Shown: one piece after another, positions 36,404 to 46,150 of the stretch | Layout of the letters: the number at the start of each line of letters is the position of its first letter | Numbering within the stretch: position 1 is the stretch's first letter | Assembly: GCA_964600125.1 (NCBI GenBank) | Contig: CAZRIK010000002.1 | Span: 292-64,291 of the forward strand | Reading direction: 5' to 3' | DNA length: 64,000 nt | Origin: an uncultured Candidatus Bathyarchaeia archaeon | GTDB taxonomy: Archaea > Thermoproteota > Bathyarchaeia > Bathyarchaeales > DTEX01 | Notes under the pieces: model-generated | Seen by the model: only the letters and a program-made list of their open reading frames with translations | What the model was told of the DNA's origin: nothing | Database searches by the model: none | Made by a program: the position numbers and the translations under genes

Positions 36404-36952
36404 TTAAGCTAGTTCCATCGTCATCACTATTTCGTCCACGTATTTGCCGTCCTTGAAAAATTCTTTGGGTATCCTCCCAGTTTCCCTGAAGCCGACCTTC
36501 TCGTAAACGTGCTTGGCTCTCGAGTTCGACGAGAAAACGCTTAGCCTAAGCACCTTCAACCCAATTTCCCTTCCGTGCGCAATCAAGGTTCTAAGTATCT
36601 CGGTGCCGATTCCCACGTCCCTGTAGCCAGCTTTTATGGCGATGCCGATTTCGCCCACGTGCCCCGCGTATCCGCTTTTTTGGCTGAGCTCAGAATTGGC
36701 GACTGTTTTGCTGTCGACCTCCGCCACCAAAGCGAAAACCCTGTCATTTTCCAGATTCGCCAACAGGCGCCCAAGCCACTCCGCTTCTTCTTGCCTTGTT
36801 GTCTTCCTGTTCATCATGATGTCGGCGCTTTCGTCGACGAGCGAGTTGATGAACTCCAAGAAGTCGTCAAGGTCCTCCCACCTCGGCGTCCTAAGAACAA
36901 CGCTTCGTCCGTCCTTGGCGGCGAACTGTTTGATGATTTTGCCTGCCTTCAT
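36404..36952 (-). CDS. GNAT-family N-acetyltransferase
   Basis: 182 aa. RDVGIGTEILRTLIAHGREIG (motif A) and NSRAKHVYEKVGFRETG. Confidence 0.85.
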   Translation of the reverse strand: MKAGKIIKQFAAKDGRSVVLRTPRWEDLDDFLEFINSLVDESADIMMNRKTTRQEEAEWLGRLLANLENDRVFALVAEVDSKTVANSELSQKSGYAGHVGEIGIAIKAGYRDVGIGTEILRTLIAHGREIGLKVLRLSVFSSNSRAKHVYEKVGFRETGRIPKEFFKDGKYVDEIVMTMELA

Positions 36953-37093
36953 GCTTTCGCCCGCAAATCAACCAAAAGAGTGCCTTCAGATAATAAAAGA
37001 TTAGCGTCAACGAACAACAACGCCAAAAACAAGCACTTTAACGATTTTTCTCTCAAAGTTTCAAAATAGTTAAATATTCGAAGGTTTCTATTT

Positions 37094-37190
37094 CACCGCC
37101 GAGGGGAGCCGGGTGCGACCTGGCTGAGAGGACGGTTGAGTGGACCGTCGACCCTTTGAACCTGATCCAGACAATGCTGGCGGAGGGAAA
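37094..37190 (+). promoter_or_regulatory. TPP (THI-box) riboswitch
   Basis: It contains the conserved ...ggctgagag...(hairpin ggacggttgagtggaccgtc)...accctttgaacctgatccagacaatgctggcggaggga core. It lies directly upstream of a ThiT-like gene, and its 3' GGAGGG doubles as an SD-like site 9 nt before the ATG. Confidence 0.85.
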
Positions 37191-37195
37191 CAAAA

Positions 37196-37717
37196 ATGAG
37201 TAAGACATCAACGAACGTTAAGGTTCTCGCGGAAGGAACAGTCATAGTAGCACTAACCGTGATTATTAAGGAATTTTTGCCGCACTACAGCCTTCCACAA
37301 GGCGGCTCCGTAAGCTTAGCAGGCATGGTGCCCCTAATCTGGTTCGCGTTAAGACGGGGTCTACGAGCAGGAGTTGAAGCTGGGGCAGTTTACGGGCTAG
37401 TTGACATGGCTTTGGGCGGATACATCGTTGACCCAGTGCAAGTTATCATCGACTATCCGTTAGCCTTTGGAGCCTTAGGTTTGGCTGGTTTGTTCCGTAA
37501 GTATCCGTTAGTCGGCGTTACTGTAGCAATCTTCGGAAGGTTCTTGGCGCACTTCGCATCGGGCGTGTGGTTCTTTTGGATGTATGCGCCTGAAGGCATG
37601 AATCCTGTGGTTTACTCAGCAATCTACAATGGTGGATACTTGCTTGTGGAGCTCGTGGTAAGCGCTATCATCATCTTCATCTTGGACAAGCGGCAGCTAC
37701 TCAAAATTTACCTGTAA
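37196..37717 (+). CDS. thiT: thiamine transporter, ThiT/YuaJ-like (ECF S-component type)
   Basis: 173 aa with 6 hydrophobic segments. It has the YuaJ/ThiT-like pattern (PQGGSVSLAGMVPLIWFALRRG, DYPLAFGALGLAG) and is preceded by a TPP riboswitch. Confidence 0.75.
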   Translation: MSKTSTNVKVLAEGTVIVALTVIIKEFLPHYSLPQGGSVSLAGMVPLIWFALRRGLRAGVEAGAVYGLVDMALGGYIVDPVQVIIDYPLAFGALGLAGLFRKYPLVGVTVAIFGRFLAHFASGVWFFWMYAPEGMNPVVYSAIYNGGYLLVELVVSAIIIFILDKRQLLKIYL

Positions 37718-37827
37718 ACTGAACCGTGGTTCTCAGCTGCCTTTGCATCATATGAGATTCGGGAAGACTCAATAAACATATAACTCCTTCTTGGTAGAGG
37801 ATTTTACCATAGAATCGAATTTGAAGG

Positions 37828-40800
37828 GTGGAAACAGCCTTTCGCCGTCTTGCACGTGACTTCCTCGTCCTCGCCATCGTAGCAATAATCATAGCCATGA
37901 TTCCAGCCAGCCACATTCAAACAGTTATTGCGGTTGCGCCAGCTGTGGTCGAGGGCGTGGTAATGGACGAGGAAGGTAATCCGCTTGAAGAAGCAAACGT
38001 TTCGCTCCTGAATGGCAACAATGCCCTAAGGGCGACAACTTTGACGGACTCGGCTGGCAGGTTCCACATGGACATTTACGAGTCTGGCACGTTCACAGTT
38101 GCCGTGTTATGCGATCTGCCGCAGACTTCTGGAATGGACTACGTTCCTGAAACGTGGGAAGTGACGCTTTCGTCCGGTGCATCAATGTCGAAGGAATTCA
38201 ACCTCAGAAAGGGCGCTACAATCTACATGCAGGGCGAAGTGAGGCACGTCGAAAGTAGAAGTCCGTCTGATGGAGTTTCTTTCTATATTGAAGAACCGAC
38301 ATCGGAAGAAACAATCAGTCCCATAACATGGGAAGAAGAATCCTCAGATTATTATTATGGTATCACAATGACTCTTATGTCCGCTGTGCGTTGGGATTAT
38401 GGGGTACTCGGGGCTTTAGGCTTTGACGAAAGGTACGTCATTGTCCCAGCGAACGTCGATGTCCAAATCATCGTTGTAGCAGCATTCGAAGGCGAAGACC
38501 CGTTCACTGGCGCCCAAAAAAACTTCATCTACGAATTCTGGGTGGAAGGGGAGGCTGGCTTTTTCAGGCTTTCTCAGGGCGAATATCTACTTTTCAACTT
38601 GGAGGAAACCGTCATTCTCTCGAACATTGAGACTGTGAAAAGCTTAATGGGGGCAACGTTCTATCAGCTTGAGGACTGTTTAGACGCGGGTTTCTTGGTC
38701 AATGTAGAAAGGCGAGAACTCCTAAATTCATACGCGTCCGTCGGCGAAGCGACGCTCCTGTTAAACAAGGAATCCTACGCGGAATCCTTCGCCAAGACGC
38801 GACACGCCTACCTCACGGTTATTAAAACTAAAAGTTTCCTTCAAGGATTGACGGAATCGAGTTTGGAATCAGCAATTGGCTTACTGTTTCTTTTTTCGTT
38901 CGTCGCCGTGGCTGCTTCCTACCTTATTTCAGAAAAGAAAAGTTATCTACAGATACTTGCTGGAAAAAGGAGTCTCGAGTTACCGATTACCACACTTGTT
39001 GGACTAGCTTTTTACGCGCTGCTTGTCGGGTTCTTCTACTACATTTTCCCAGGGTGCCACCTTGTTTCGCAGCTCAAATTCTTCTCAATCACGGTTCTCG
39101 CCTTAATAATCGGGCAAGCCGCCATAATCATTCCACCAAAACTGCGACGAGAAAAACCAAGCGAATACCGTTCAATCCAAATCAAAAGCGCACTCATCAC
39201 GGCCTTCTCTTTGAGTAGCCGCAACCTCAGAAGAAGAAGGTTGCGTACAACACTCAGTCTCGTTAACATCATGGTGCTGGTCTTCGGCTTCATAACTTTG
39301 ACCTCGATTTCGCCCGGATACGGACTGGTGATGAGGCAGTTAAGCCCCGTTTACTCCGTTGACGCTGTTCTGGTCAGAGACGAATCAGGAGGAGAGACGC
39401 TTCCTTTTGTCACGCTTCCAGACTCCTTCATAAAATGGCTGGAAACACAACCCAACGTTACCGCAGTTTCGAAAAAAGCCGAGAACGAACCAGTCTACCT
39501 AATGTTTCCAGAAAACCAACTGACCGCAGCCTCTGGGGACAGCATCGCAATCTTCGGCGTCCTCGGCATAGTTCCGAGCCTTGAAGCCAATCTGACAAAT
39601 TTCGACGACGTGATTGTTGAGGGCAGCTATCTGGAGGACAACGACCTCAGAGGCATACTCGTATCCAACTCAACCAAGGAAGACTTAGGCGTCCACGTTG
39701 GAGACAAGGTCTACATTTTCAACCAAGAATTCATCATCCGAGGATTCTTCGACCCAGAAAAACTGAGCAACCTTCAGGACATTGACGGTTCGCTGATGGT
39801 TCCCTACGGCATCGAACCCTTCACTGGCAGTCTCACCCCGCTCAACGCGGAAGTAGTCGTCGTGCTGGTTTATGAGAGAGCCGTTTCTTTGCAGCAGGCG
39901 TCAGCGTCGCGGGTAGTACTTCAGCTGAAAAGCCCCGAGGACTGCGAAGCCATAGGCCAAGTTGTCGCCTTGACCTACGAGTACAAGGTCTACGTGTCCC
40001 ATCCCGGTTCGCTTGTTAGGGAAGAAATGGGAGGATACGTAGAAGAAAAGGGGATGGCGATGGTTCCGCTTCTAATGTCGCTCGTTATTTTCAACATCGC
40101 CGTGTCCATGATAGGCTCGGTCAAGGAAAGAAAAGACGAAATAGCCTCTCTCTCCGCGATTGGGCTGAACCCGACTCACATCGCAACGCTTTTCGTCGCC
40201 GAAGCCGCGATAATCGGCATCATCGGAGGAGGTTTAGGCTACCTATCAGGAATCTCTGGATACCGCTTAGCTTCGAGTTCAATATTGGGCGCTCTCGAAG
40301 TCAGAGAAAAAGCGTCAGCCGAATGGGGGCTGGCAGCCATAATTCTTTCAGTGACCACTGCGATACTGGCTGCATTGTTCCCGTCCTTGAGGGCGTCCAC
40401 GATGGTTACTCCGTCACTTCTGCGGAAGTGGCGGATTGGACAAAGCGAGAGACCACAAAAAATCGGTCAACCCTATGTCGTGGATTTGCCTCTCAAACTG
40501 ATGCCCCGCGAAGTTGACTCGTTCACGGGCTTCGTCATGAACAGAATGCAGGAGTACACAAGGACCACAATTGGCAAAATCAGGCTGGAAGAAGAAACGT
40601 CCGAAAAGGGCGTGCTTAAGAAAATATGTTTTGAGTATTTCATCGTAAAGGGCGGCAAAACGGACAATGAACTTGTGATTCAACCTGAGGCTGGACCGCA
40701 GCTCGGTCTCGTCCTTTACTGTGTCCCAGCTTTGCCTACGCAATTGGACGAAGCGGTTCACGAGACTGCGTCTTTCGTGAGAAAAGTCCTTTTCGAGTGG

Positions 40801-41214
40801 AACGCCATGACGTTCGAGGTGGCGGTGCCATATGACCCGTCCCTTAGCCAGCTCTACAACATGGTAAACTCTTACAACCCGACGACCCTATACATCGTTG
40901 CGACCCAACTTGACGTAGAAACGAGACTTGAGACCCTAAAACAAGCACTCGTAACAAAAGGCATCCGCATACCAAGGTTCATCATTTCGCAGGTGGACCC
41001 GTTCGACGTAAAAAAAGTCATGAAGGTCGCCGAAGAGGTCGTCTCAAGGGCGGACGTAATCTGCGTCTCGGGGGAACCGCCCGCGATAATCTCAGCTTTA
41101 GCCACCTACGCAGCTAAACACAAAAAAATCGCGTGCTACGTGGTTGACAGGCGACCGATAGAAGCACGCATGAAAAATCCGTTTCAGGACCTGAAAATAG
41201 AAAACGTGACGTAA
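37828..41214 (+). CDS. 1128-aa FtsX/MacB-like permease fusion: N-terminal carboxypeptidase-regulatory-like domain, extra TM block, MacB-type periplasmic domain plus FtsX TM bundle, and an unknown ~260-aa cytoplasmic C-terminal domain
   Basis: VVEGVVMDEEGNPLEEANVSLLN...TDSAGRFHM is CarboxypepD_reg-like. SSRNLRRRRLRTTLSLVNIMVLVFGF is a MacB TM1 signature. SLSAIGLNPTHIATLFVAEAAIIGIIGGGLGYLSG is the FtsX motif. No Walker A motif occurs anywhere. Confidence 0.65.
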   Translation: METAFRRLARDFLVLAIVAIIIAMIPASHIQTVIAVAPAVVEGVVMDEEGNPLEEANVSLLNGNNALRATTLTDSAGRFHMDIYESGTFTVAVLCDLPQTSGMDYVPETWEVTLSSGASMSKEFNLRKGATIYMQGEVRHVESRSPSDGVSFYIEEPTSEETISPITWEEESSDYYYGITMTLMSAVRWDYGVLGALGFDERYVIVPANVDVQIIVVAAFEGEDPFTGAQKNFIYEFWVEGEAGFFRLSQGEYLLFNLEETVILSNIETVKSLMGATFYQLEDCLDAGFLVNVERRELLNSYASVGEATLLLNKESYAESFAKTRHAYLTVIKTKSFLQGLTESSLESAIGLLFLFSFVAVAASYLISEKKSYLQILAGKRSLELPITTLVGLAFYALLVGFFYYIFPGCHLVSQLKFFSITVLALIIGQAAIIIPPKLRREKPSEYRSIQIKSALITAFSLSSRNLRRRRLRTTLSLVNIMVLVFGFITLTSISPGYGLVMRQLSPVYSVDAVLVRDESGGETLPFVTLPDSFIKWLETQPNVTAVSKKAENEPVYLMFPENQLTAASGDSIAIFGVLGIVPSLEANLTNFDDVIVEGSYLEDNDLRGILVSNSTKEDLGVHVGDKVYIFNQEFIIRGFFDPEKLSNLQDIDGSLMVPYGIEPFTGSLTPLNAEVVVVLVYERAVSLQQASASRVVLQLKSPEDCEAIGQVVALTYEYKVYVSHPGSLVREEMGGYVEEKGMAMVPLLMSLVIFNIAVSMIGSVKERKDEIASLSAIGLNPTHIATLFVAEAAIIGIIGGGLGYLSGISGYRLASSSILGALEVREKASAEWGLAAIILSVTTAILAALFPSLRASTMVTPSLLRKWRIGQSERPQKIGQPYVVDLPLKLMPREVDSFTGFVMNRMQEYTRTTIGKIRLEEETSEKGVLKKICFEYFIVKGGKTDNELVIQPEAGPQLGLVLYCVPALPTQLDEAVHETASFVRKVLFEWNAMTFEVAVPYDPSLSQLYNMVNSYNPTTLYIVATQLDVETRLETLKQALVTKGIRIPRFIISQVDPFDVKKVMKVAEEVVSRADVICVSGEPPAIISALATYAAKHKKIACYVVDRRPIEARMKNPFQDLKIENVT

Positions 41215-41227
41215 AGAAAGCTTTATA

Positions 41228-42832
41228 GTGATTTGGAGGAAAATTAAGATGGAAAATGAACTGAGAAGGAAAAAATGGATGAAAAATCCCATAAAAAGTA
41301 AACAACTTTGTAATGCAATTTTTGGCTGGGCACTAATTTTTTTGGTTCTTGCCACTCAGCCATTAAATTGCGCTGCGCAAACATCAACTGAAATTGATTG
41401 CCCAGACTACTGGCAGGTTACCTACCCAGACAACGTAGTGTCCTTTGAGCTCACCGTATCGAACCCGAGCTACTACTTCGACAACTTCATACTGGAAATT
41501 GGCACCCCAGAGCTCCCCGAAGGATGGGGGGCGAATTTCTACTTGCAAAACAAAAAAGTCAAAGGCGTCGGCATAGATGGATTTTCGACCACGGCTCTTA
41601 CGCTGAACGTTACGGTGCCAGAAGATGCCGTTCCCAGCGATTACGAGTTCGCGGTATACGCTGTAGGTCAGTATTCAGAAGCATATTGTTTACTGACTGT
41701 GACTGTTGAGAGTGAGCCAACCGTAGAATACGAAGTCGACGTTTACTGCTCCAACGATTGGCTGGTCACCTATCCGGGGAGCAATTTAACGTTCAACATG
41801 CGCGTGACGAACAACGCTCCCTACCGTGATAACTACCTATTAAACATCGCAAATCCTGCGTTGCCTACAAACTGGACAGCAACCTTCATAGTCGAAGAGA
41901 ACAAGGTCCGCTCGCTGACCCTAGCTTCAGGAGAATACGCCGACATCATTCTGGTGGTAAACATCCCCGAGGGCATAGCATACACGGATTACCAGTTCAG
42001 AGTAACCATTAATGGCGAATACGCTTCGACGTCGCAAGGTCTAACAGTAACGGTTGAACAGGTGCCACGGAAGATAAGCCTAGAATGCCCAATAGAGGTT
42101 CAGTCGGTCCTCACTGGCCAAGAAACGTACTTCCCGATAAAAGTCGTGAACGAAGGGTCACAAACCGAAAACATTTTTCTGACTTTAACGAAAACCTCCG
42201 CTATAATGGTTTGGGACATCACCTTCTCCGAAAGCGAGCTGACGCTTGCTCCCGGCGAGTCTGAGTGGGTAAGGCTGATTGTGGAGTCACCAGGCATCGT
42301 GGACCAAGGCAACTACACCATCGAGGTGGAAGCCCAAACTGGGGATGGGGAGCTCACGGTTTCCCTCCAAGTTGTCACGAACATTGTGGGCAGCTACCTC
42401 ATGGAAATTGGAGACATATCTCCCGTTAACCCGCAGCTCTACCAGGGAGAAAAAATAAACGTCGTCATCAGAGTTCGAAATGCCGGCCAGTCGCCAGTCA
42501 CTGGATTAAGGTTACTCGTGAACTCGACAGGCTTGTCGAACATCCTCGTGACCCCGATGGACGTCGCGTTCCTCGAAGCCATGACCTACGTGGATTTCAC
42601 AATCCGCGTCTCTGCTGACCCCAACCAAACCCCGGGCGACTACGTTATCCAAGTTCAAGCGCAAAGCAACGAAATCGACACCAGCACAAGAGAATTCACG
42701 GTTACGGTTGCGTCCCAGATTCCGTGGACGACAATCATCATCGCCGTCGCGGTCGTCGCAACAGCAGTCGTGGTACTCATCATCCAGAGTATTATCAAAA
42801 GGGCAGGAGTACAAGTTAAAATACGGAAATAG
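41228..42832 (+). CDS. secreted multi-domain surface protein (four NEW3/COG1470-like beta-sandwich repeats) with C-terminal TM anchor
   Basis: It has a signal peptide (likely start ATG 41249). Repeated units YWQVTYPDN...LTVTVE, NDWLVTYPGSN...LTVTVE and others follow. The C-terminal WTTIIIAVAVVATAVVVLII segment is a TM anchor. Confidence 0.6.
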   Translation: MIWRKIKMENELRRKKWMKNPIKSKQLCNAIFGWALIFLVLATQPLNCAAQTSTEIDCPDYWQVTYPDNVVSFELTVSNPSYYFDNFILEIGTPELPEGWGANFYLQNKKVKGVGIDGFSTTALTLNVTVPEDAVPSDYEFAVYAVGQYSEAYCLLTVTVESEPTVEYEVDVYCSNDWLVTYPGSNLTFNMRVTNNAPYRDNYLLNIANPALPTNWTATFIVEENKVRSLTLASGEYADIILVVNIPEGIAYTDYQFRVTINGEYASTSQGLTVTVEQVPRKISLECPIEVQSVLTGQETYFPIKVVNEGSQTENIFLTLTKTSAIMVWDITFSESELTLAPGESEWVRLIVESPGIVDQGNYTIEVEAQTGDGELTVSLQVVTNIVGSYLMEIGDISPVNPQLYQGEKINVVIRVRNAGQSPVTGLRLLVNSTGLSNILVTPMDVAFLEAMTYVDFTIRVSADPNQTPGDYVIQVQAQSNEIDTSTREFTVTVASQIPWTTIIIAVAVVATAVVVLIIQSIIKRAGVQVKIRK

Positions 42833-43044
42833 TCATCATTTCAATATTATTGGAAAGCTCCCCCAGTTTTCGAAATAATAATTCTTCATTCATTGGAATA
42901 TTTGAACTTACTCGAAGAATTCCCACACTTCTACTTTTGCTTCATGAAAAAAAGTGTGTGTCTCTGTTATTCATGCACAAATTTACTTAAGCTGTCCGAA
43001 AGCTGTAAAACGTTAACAGCTAGCCCTAAGAAGGTGATTCTTGT

Positions 43045-43608
43045 TTGCCCGAAGAGGAAAGTATAGTGGATTACGCCTCGGTTTTCCAAGACAAAGAAAT
43101 AGACGACAACAAAGCCAAAGACGTAGGCGAAAAGCTCAGCGGACTTCTCAGAGTCATAACCGAAGACGCCCGCCAACTAAGCGAATACTTGAACGCCGAG
43201 TCAGGCATGGTCAACCAGATATGCGGTTACCTAAGCAAAATCCTATCAGAATTAGACCTGTCCGTCGTGTTGCCACAGAAGACAGTTCCTGAACTTGACA
43301 AAGCCAAGGAGCTGATTCTCAACACTCAGTGCCACCTCATCGTCGTGCAGAAAGACGGCAAGGTTGAATCCAAATCCTTGGAGAAGTATCCGCCTGAAAC
43401 GATACTGATGGTCGTGTGGGCTCTGATACCTAGGCTCAGAGAAGAAGTCAGCTTGTACATGAAACGGGTCAGCGTCCGCCTCAACTTCCTCGAAATGGTC
43501 AACGAGGAACTGAAGAACATCCAGAGACCCTTCGAAACCCACGACGAGAAACCCATCGGAGACTTCCAAGAGGACAAGGTCAAGAAGGTTCTCATCCCCC
43601 AGCAATGA
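43045..43608 (+). CDS. hypothetical protein
   Basis: 187-aa ORF with a TTG start 8 nt after an AAGGTGA SD-like motif. No recognisable motif. Confidence 0.5.
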   Translation: MPEEESIVDYASVFQDKEIDDNKAKDVGEKLSGLLRVITEDARQLSEYLNAESGMVNQICGYLSKILSELDLSVVLPQKTVPELDKAKELILNTQCHLIVVQKDGKVESKSLEKYPPETILMVVWALIPRLREEVSLYMKRVSVRLNFLEMVNEELKNIQRPFETHDEKPIGDFQEDKVKKVLIPQQ

Positions 43609-43663
43609 TCAACAGGTACAATAGCCAGCTACCGTCGAAGCAAGCCCTGGGCTTCAGTCAGGG

Positions 43664-44335
43664 ATGTGTGGTTTGAACAAGGTTTTCCCAGTTGAGATCC
43701 GTAACTTCCGCTCGTTAGGCGACATAGGAACCTACGTCGACAAGGAAATCGTGTGGTACGAAGGATTTCTCAAAGACTACAACGAAAACCTTGGCACGCT
43801 TTTAAGAGAACAAGGAGGCAACCCCGAAGAACTGGAGAAACAGCTCCGCGAAAAAGGGCTAGCGAAACAAGCCAGCAGCAAAAAAGGGGGCAAAAAGAAA
43901 GGAGCTTCTGGTTCTGACGAGTGGTTCAATTATAAAGGGCTCATGGTCTCAGCAGAGAAACAGTGCAAAGCCGAAATTTTCTTCGAAGCAGTGGACAAGT
44001 TCAAGACAAGCCTTGAACGGCTTAAGGAAACAAAAAATATGCTCGACGAACTCCAGAAAATCGGCTTAGGTTCAGACATAGCCTACTCAGTGTATTTTGC
44101 TGAGGGAGTTCCCGAAAAAATCATCATAGAACCTTCGGGGAAGGTTCCGTCCAAGTTCAAGTTGAACATGTTTTTGTCCACGTCCATGGAATCTATTGCT
44201 GCAATGCAGGAGACTCTGAAACAACAGGAAAATGCCTTAAAAGAAGCCGAGAAACCAGCTGATGAAAAGTTAGACAGCAACAAAGAAGCCTCTGCAAACG
44301 CTCAACCAGAACAACCGAAGCCTGAAAACAAATAG
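43664..44335 (+). CDS. hypothetical protein with Lys-rich linker and acidic/coiled-coil tail
   Basis: 223-aa ORF. No recognisable family. Confidence 0.45.
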   Translation: MCGLNKVFPVEIRNFRSLGDIGTYVDKEIVWYEGFLKDYNENLGTLLREQGGNPEELEKQLREKGLAKQASSKKGGKKKGASGSDEWFNYKGLMVSAEKQCKAEIFFEAVDKFKTSLERLKETKNMLDELQKIGLGSDIAYSVYFAEGVPEKIIIEPSGKVPSKFKLNMFLSTSMESIAAMQETLKQQENALKEAEKPADEKLDSNKEASANAQPEQPKPENK

Positions 44336-44390
44336 GAAGCAATGGACAATTTAAAGTGATAGAAAAAGAACGTCGATTCGTTAAGTCGCA

Positions 44391-46133
44391 TCACGCAGTA
44401 TATTGGAAGAAAGTTTCTGAGAATTTTTTCATGAGCTCGTAAGGCGTTCTAACTACGCAATTTACAGGGAAAAAGTCCTTTACCCCATTGCTGTCGATTC
44501 CGATCCCGATTATGTTTATACCCCTTCTCATGGCCACAGCAACCTCTTCTTTAGTGTCTTCAGCAACACCTCTATACCCCGTAGGATGGCCGTCAGAAAC
44601 GACTATTAAGATTTTTTCCTCCTCAAGTTGCCTTCTTAACGTTTGCGCAGTTATTTTGATGGCATCAGGCAAATAGGTCATGCCGCTGTGTTCAATTCCG
44701 CCTATTCTCGAAGAAACGGTTCTTCCGTGGTTCTCGTTGAAATCCTTTATCACGTAGAACTTGTCGCCGAAGGCAAAAATGCCTAAGGAACGGTTGTCGT
44801 GAAACAGCTTTCGCGAAACTTCTGTTAAACATAAAACGACGTCTTTAACCTCGCCTGCGAACTGTCGTAGACTGAGACTCACGTCAACAAGTATTGCCCA
44901 CGTTTGCCCTCGGTCTCGCAGGGTGTCCTCCATGAAAATGTCAGTTCGATCGCTTTTGCTGGCAACTACTTGTATGGCTTCTTGGATGTCAATGACCCCT
45001 GCGTCTCGCCTAAAATCGTCGCCTGTCAAGTTATAAAAGGTTGCAAGCCTGTTCGTAACACGCCTAATAGTCTTCGAATGGCTTATCTTACGCCGTAGGA
45101 ACTCGGCATAGTCTTCTTCTGGAAATCTAAAATCCTTAAACCGTGTACCTTCGCCTGCAAGCCTATATTTTTCTAGGATTTTCTCCGCTTTCCCTTCCTT
45201 TGTAGCCCAGTCTATGATGTTTTGTGCTGCATCATTCTGCAACGAATTCATTTTGAGGTCGATCTTAACATCTAATCTGTGAACCATCTCGTCCAAAACA
45301 GCCCTAACCTCGTCTTGTGAAGGCACCTTCACATTGCTGCTAAAAACGGAAGTCCTAGTCGGATGATTCATATACAGGAAGGAAGGAACCTCTGGAATGA
45401 TGTTAGAAACCTTGAGAAGGCTGTTGTAAACTTCTGAAAAGACTTTTGTTTTAAGGTCATCGTTTACAGTCTTGAATTCGACTTTTTCGCCATTTGCCTG
45501 GTTCTTTTGTTCAGTGTAGGCTTTAACCGTTTCATTCTCTAACACTTTAAGCATTTCAACTATGTTTTTTGCGTCTCTAAGCCTCTCTTCAGACAATGAT
45601 CCTTTAATCATCCCCGTCTTGTAATAGGAAAGTGCGGAGACAGCCAATTTTACTGCTTCGTTTCGGATGAGCTGAGCTGGCTTAAGCAGCAGGTACGAGA
45701 TGGCGTCAGCAAGCATAATCTCTGGCAACAACGACTGGTGAAAAGCCTTGTAATAAGCAGTTAGCATCGCATCTTCGACAAGGTTTATCGCATTCAGTGC
45801 AGCGTCTTCGTCCTTTCCTTTTAGGTGGTCAGCGTATGCGTTGACGTTTGAGGCTACCGTGTATAAGCTGAGATAGTAAACTGAGGACTTGAAAAGGTCC
45901 CACATGATCTGGGTGTGCAGTTCATCTTTGAGGTTAAGGAACATGCCGTGGTATTCAACAACATCATCTTGGACTTTCTTTATGTTAGGTATGCAAATGA
46001 CATAGCCATGGTCATCCATTGTCAGGAATGGAAACGGTATTGAGTCTCGAACAAGGATTCTTAACGCCCCCTGCTCTTTGCCCGTTAAGTCGTACGCGAT
46101 GAACCAAGCTGACTCGTAGAGCTTCAAGGGCAA
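44391..46133 (-). CDS. von Willebrand factor A (VWA) domain protein, NorD/CbbO-like architecture
   Basis: 580 aa. The C-terminal VWA domain has a MIDAS motif (DVSLS; DxSxS), then SGMTY and VVSDGHPTG. The ~400-aa helical N-terminal region has unknown function. It lies downstream of the AAA+ gene. Confidence 0.75.
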   Translation of the reverse strand: MPLKLYESAWFIAYDLTGKEQGALRILVRDSIPFPFLTMDDHGYVICIPNIKKVQDDVVEYHGMFLNLKDELHTQIMWDLFKSSVYYLSLYTVASNVNAYADHLKGKDEDAALNAINLVEDAMLTAYYKAFHQSLLPEIMLADAISYLLLKPAQLIRNEAVKLAVSALSYYKTGMIKGSLSEERLRDAKNIVEMLKVLENETVKAYTEQKNQANGEKVEFKTVNDDLKTKVFSEVYNSLLKVSNIIPEVPSFLYMNHPTRTSVFSSNVKVPSQDEVRAVLDEMVHRLDVKIDLKMNSLQNDAAQNIIDWATKEGKAEKILEKYRLAGEGTRFKDFRFPEEDYAEFLRRKISHSKTIRRVTNRLATFYNLTGDDFRRDAGVIDIQEAIQVVASKSDRTDIFMEDTLRDRGQTWAILVDVSLSLRQFAGEVKDVVLCLTEVSRKLFHDNRSLGIFAFGDKFYVIKDFNENHGRTVSSRIGGIEHSGMTYLPDAIKITAQTLRRQLEEEKILIVVSDGHPTGYRGVAEDTKEEVAVAMRRGINIIGIGIDSNGVKDFFPVNCVVRTPYELMKKFSETFFQYTA

Positions 46134-46150
46134 GCCACCAAAAAAGGCTC

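Noticed and set aside
40450-41214. The C-terminal cytoplasmic domain of the FtsX-like fusion as a fused ABC ATPase
   Set aside because: No Walker A/B or ABC signature motif is present in the last ~260 residues.
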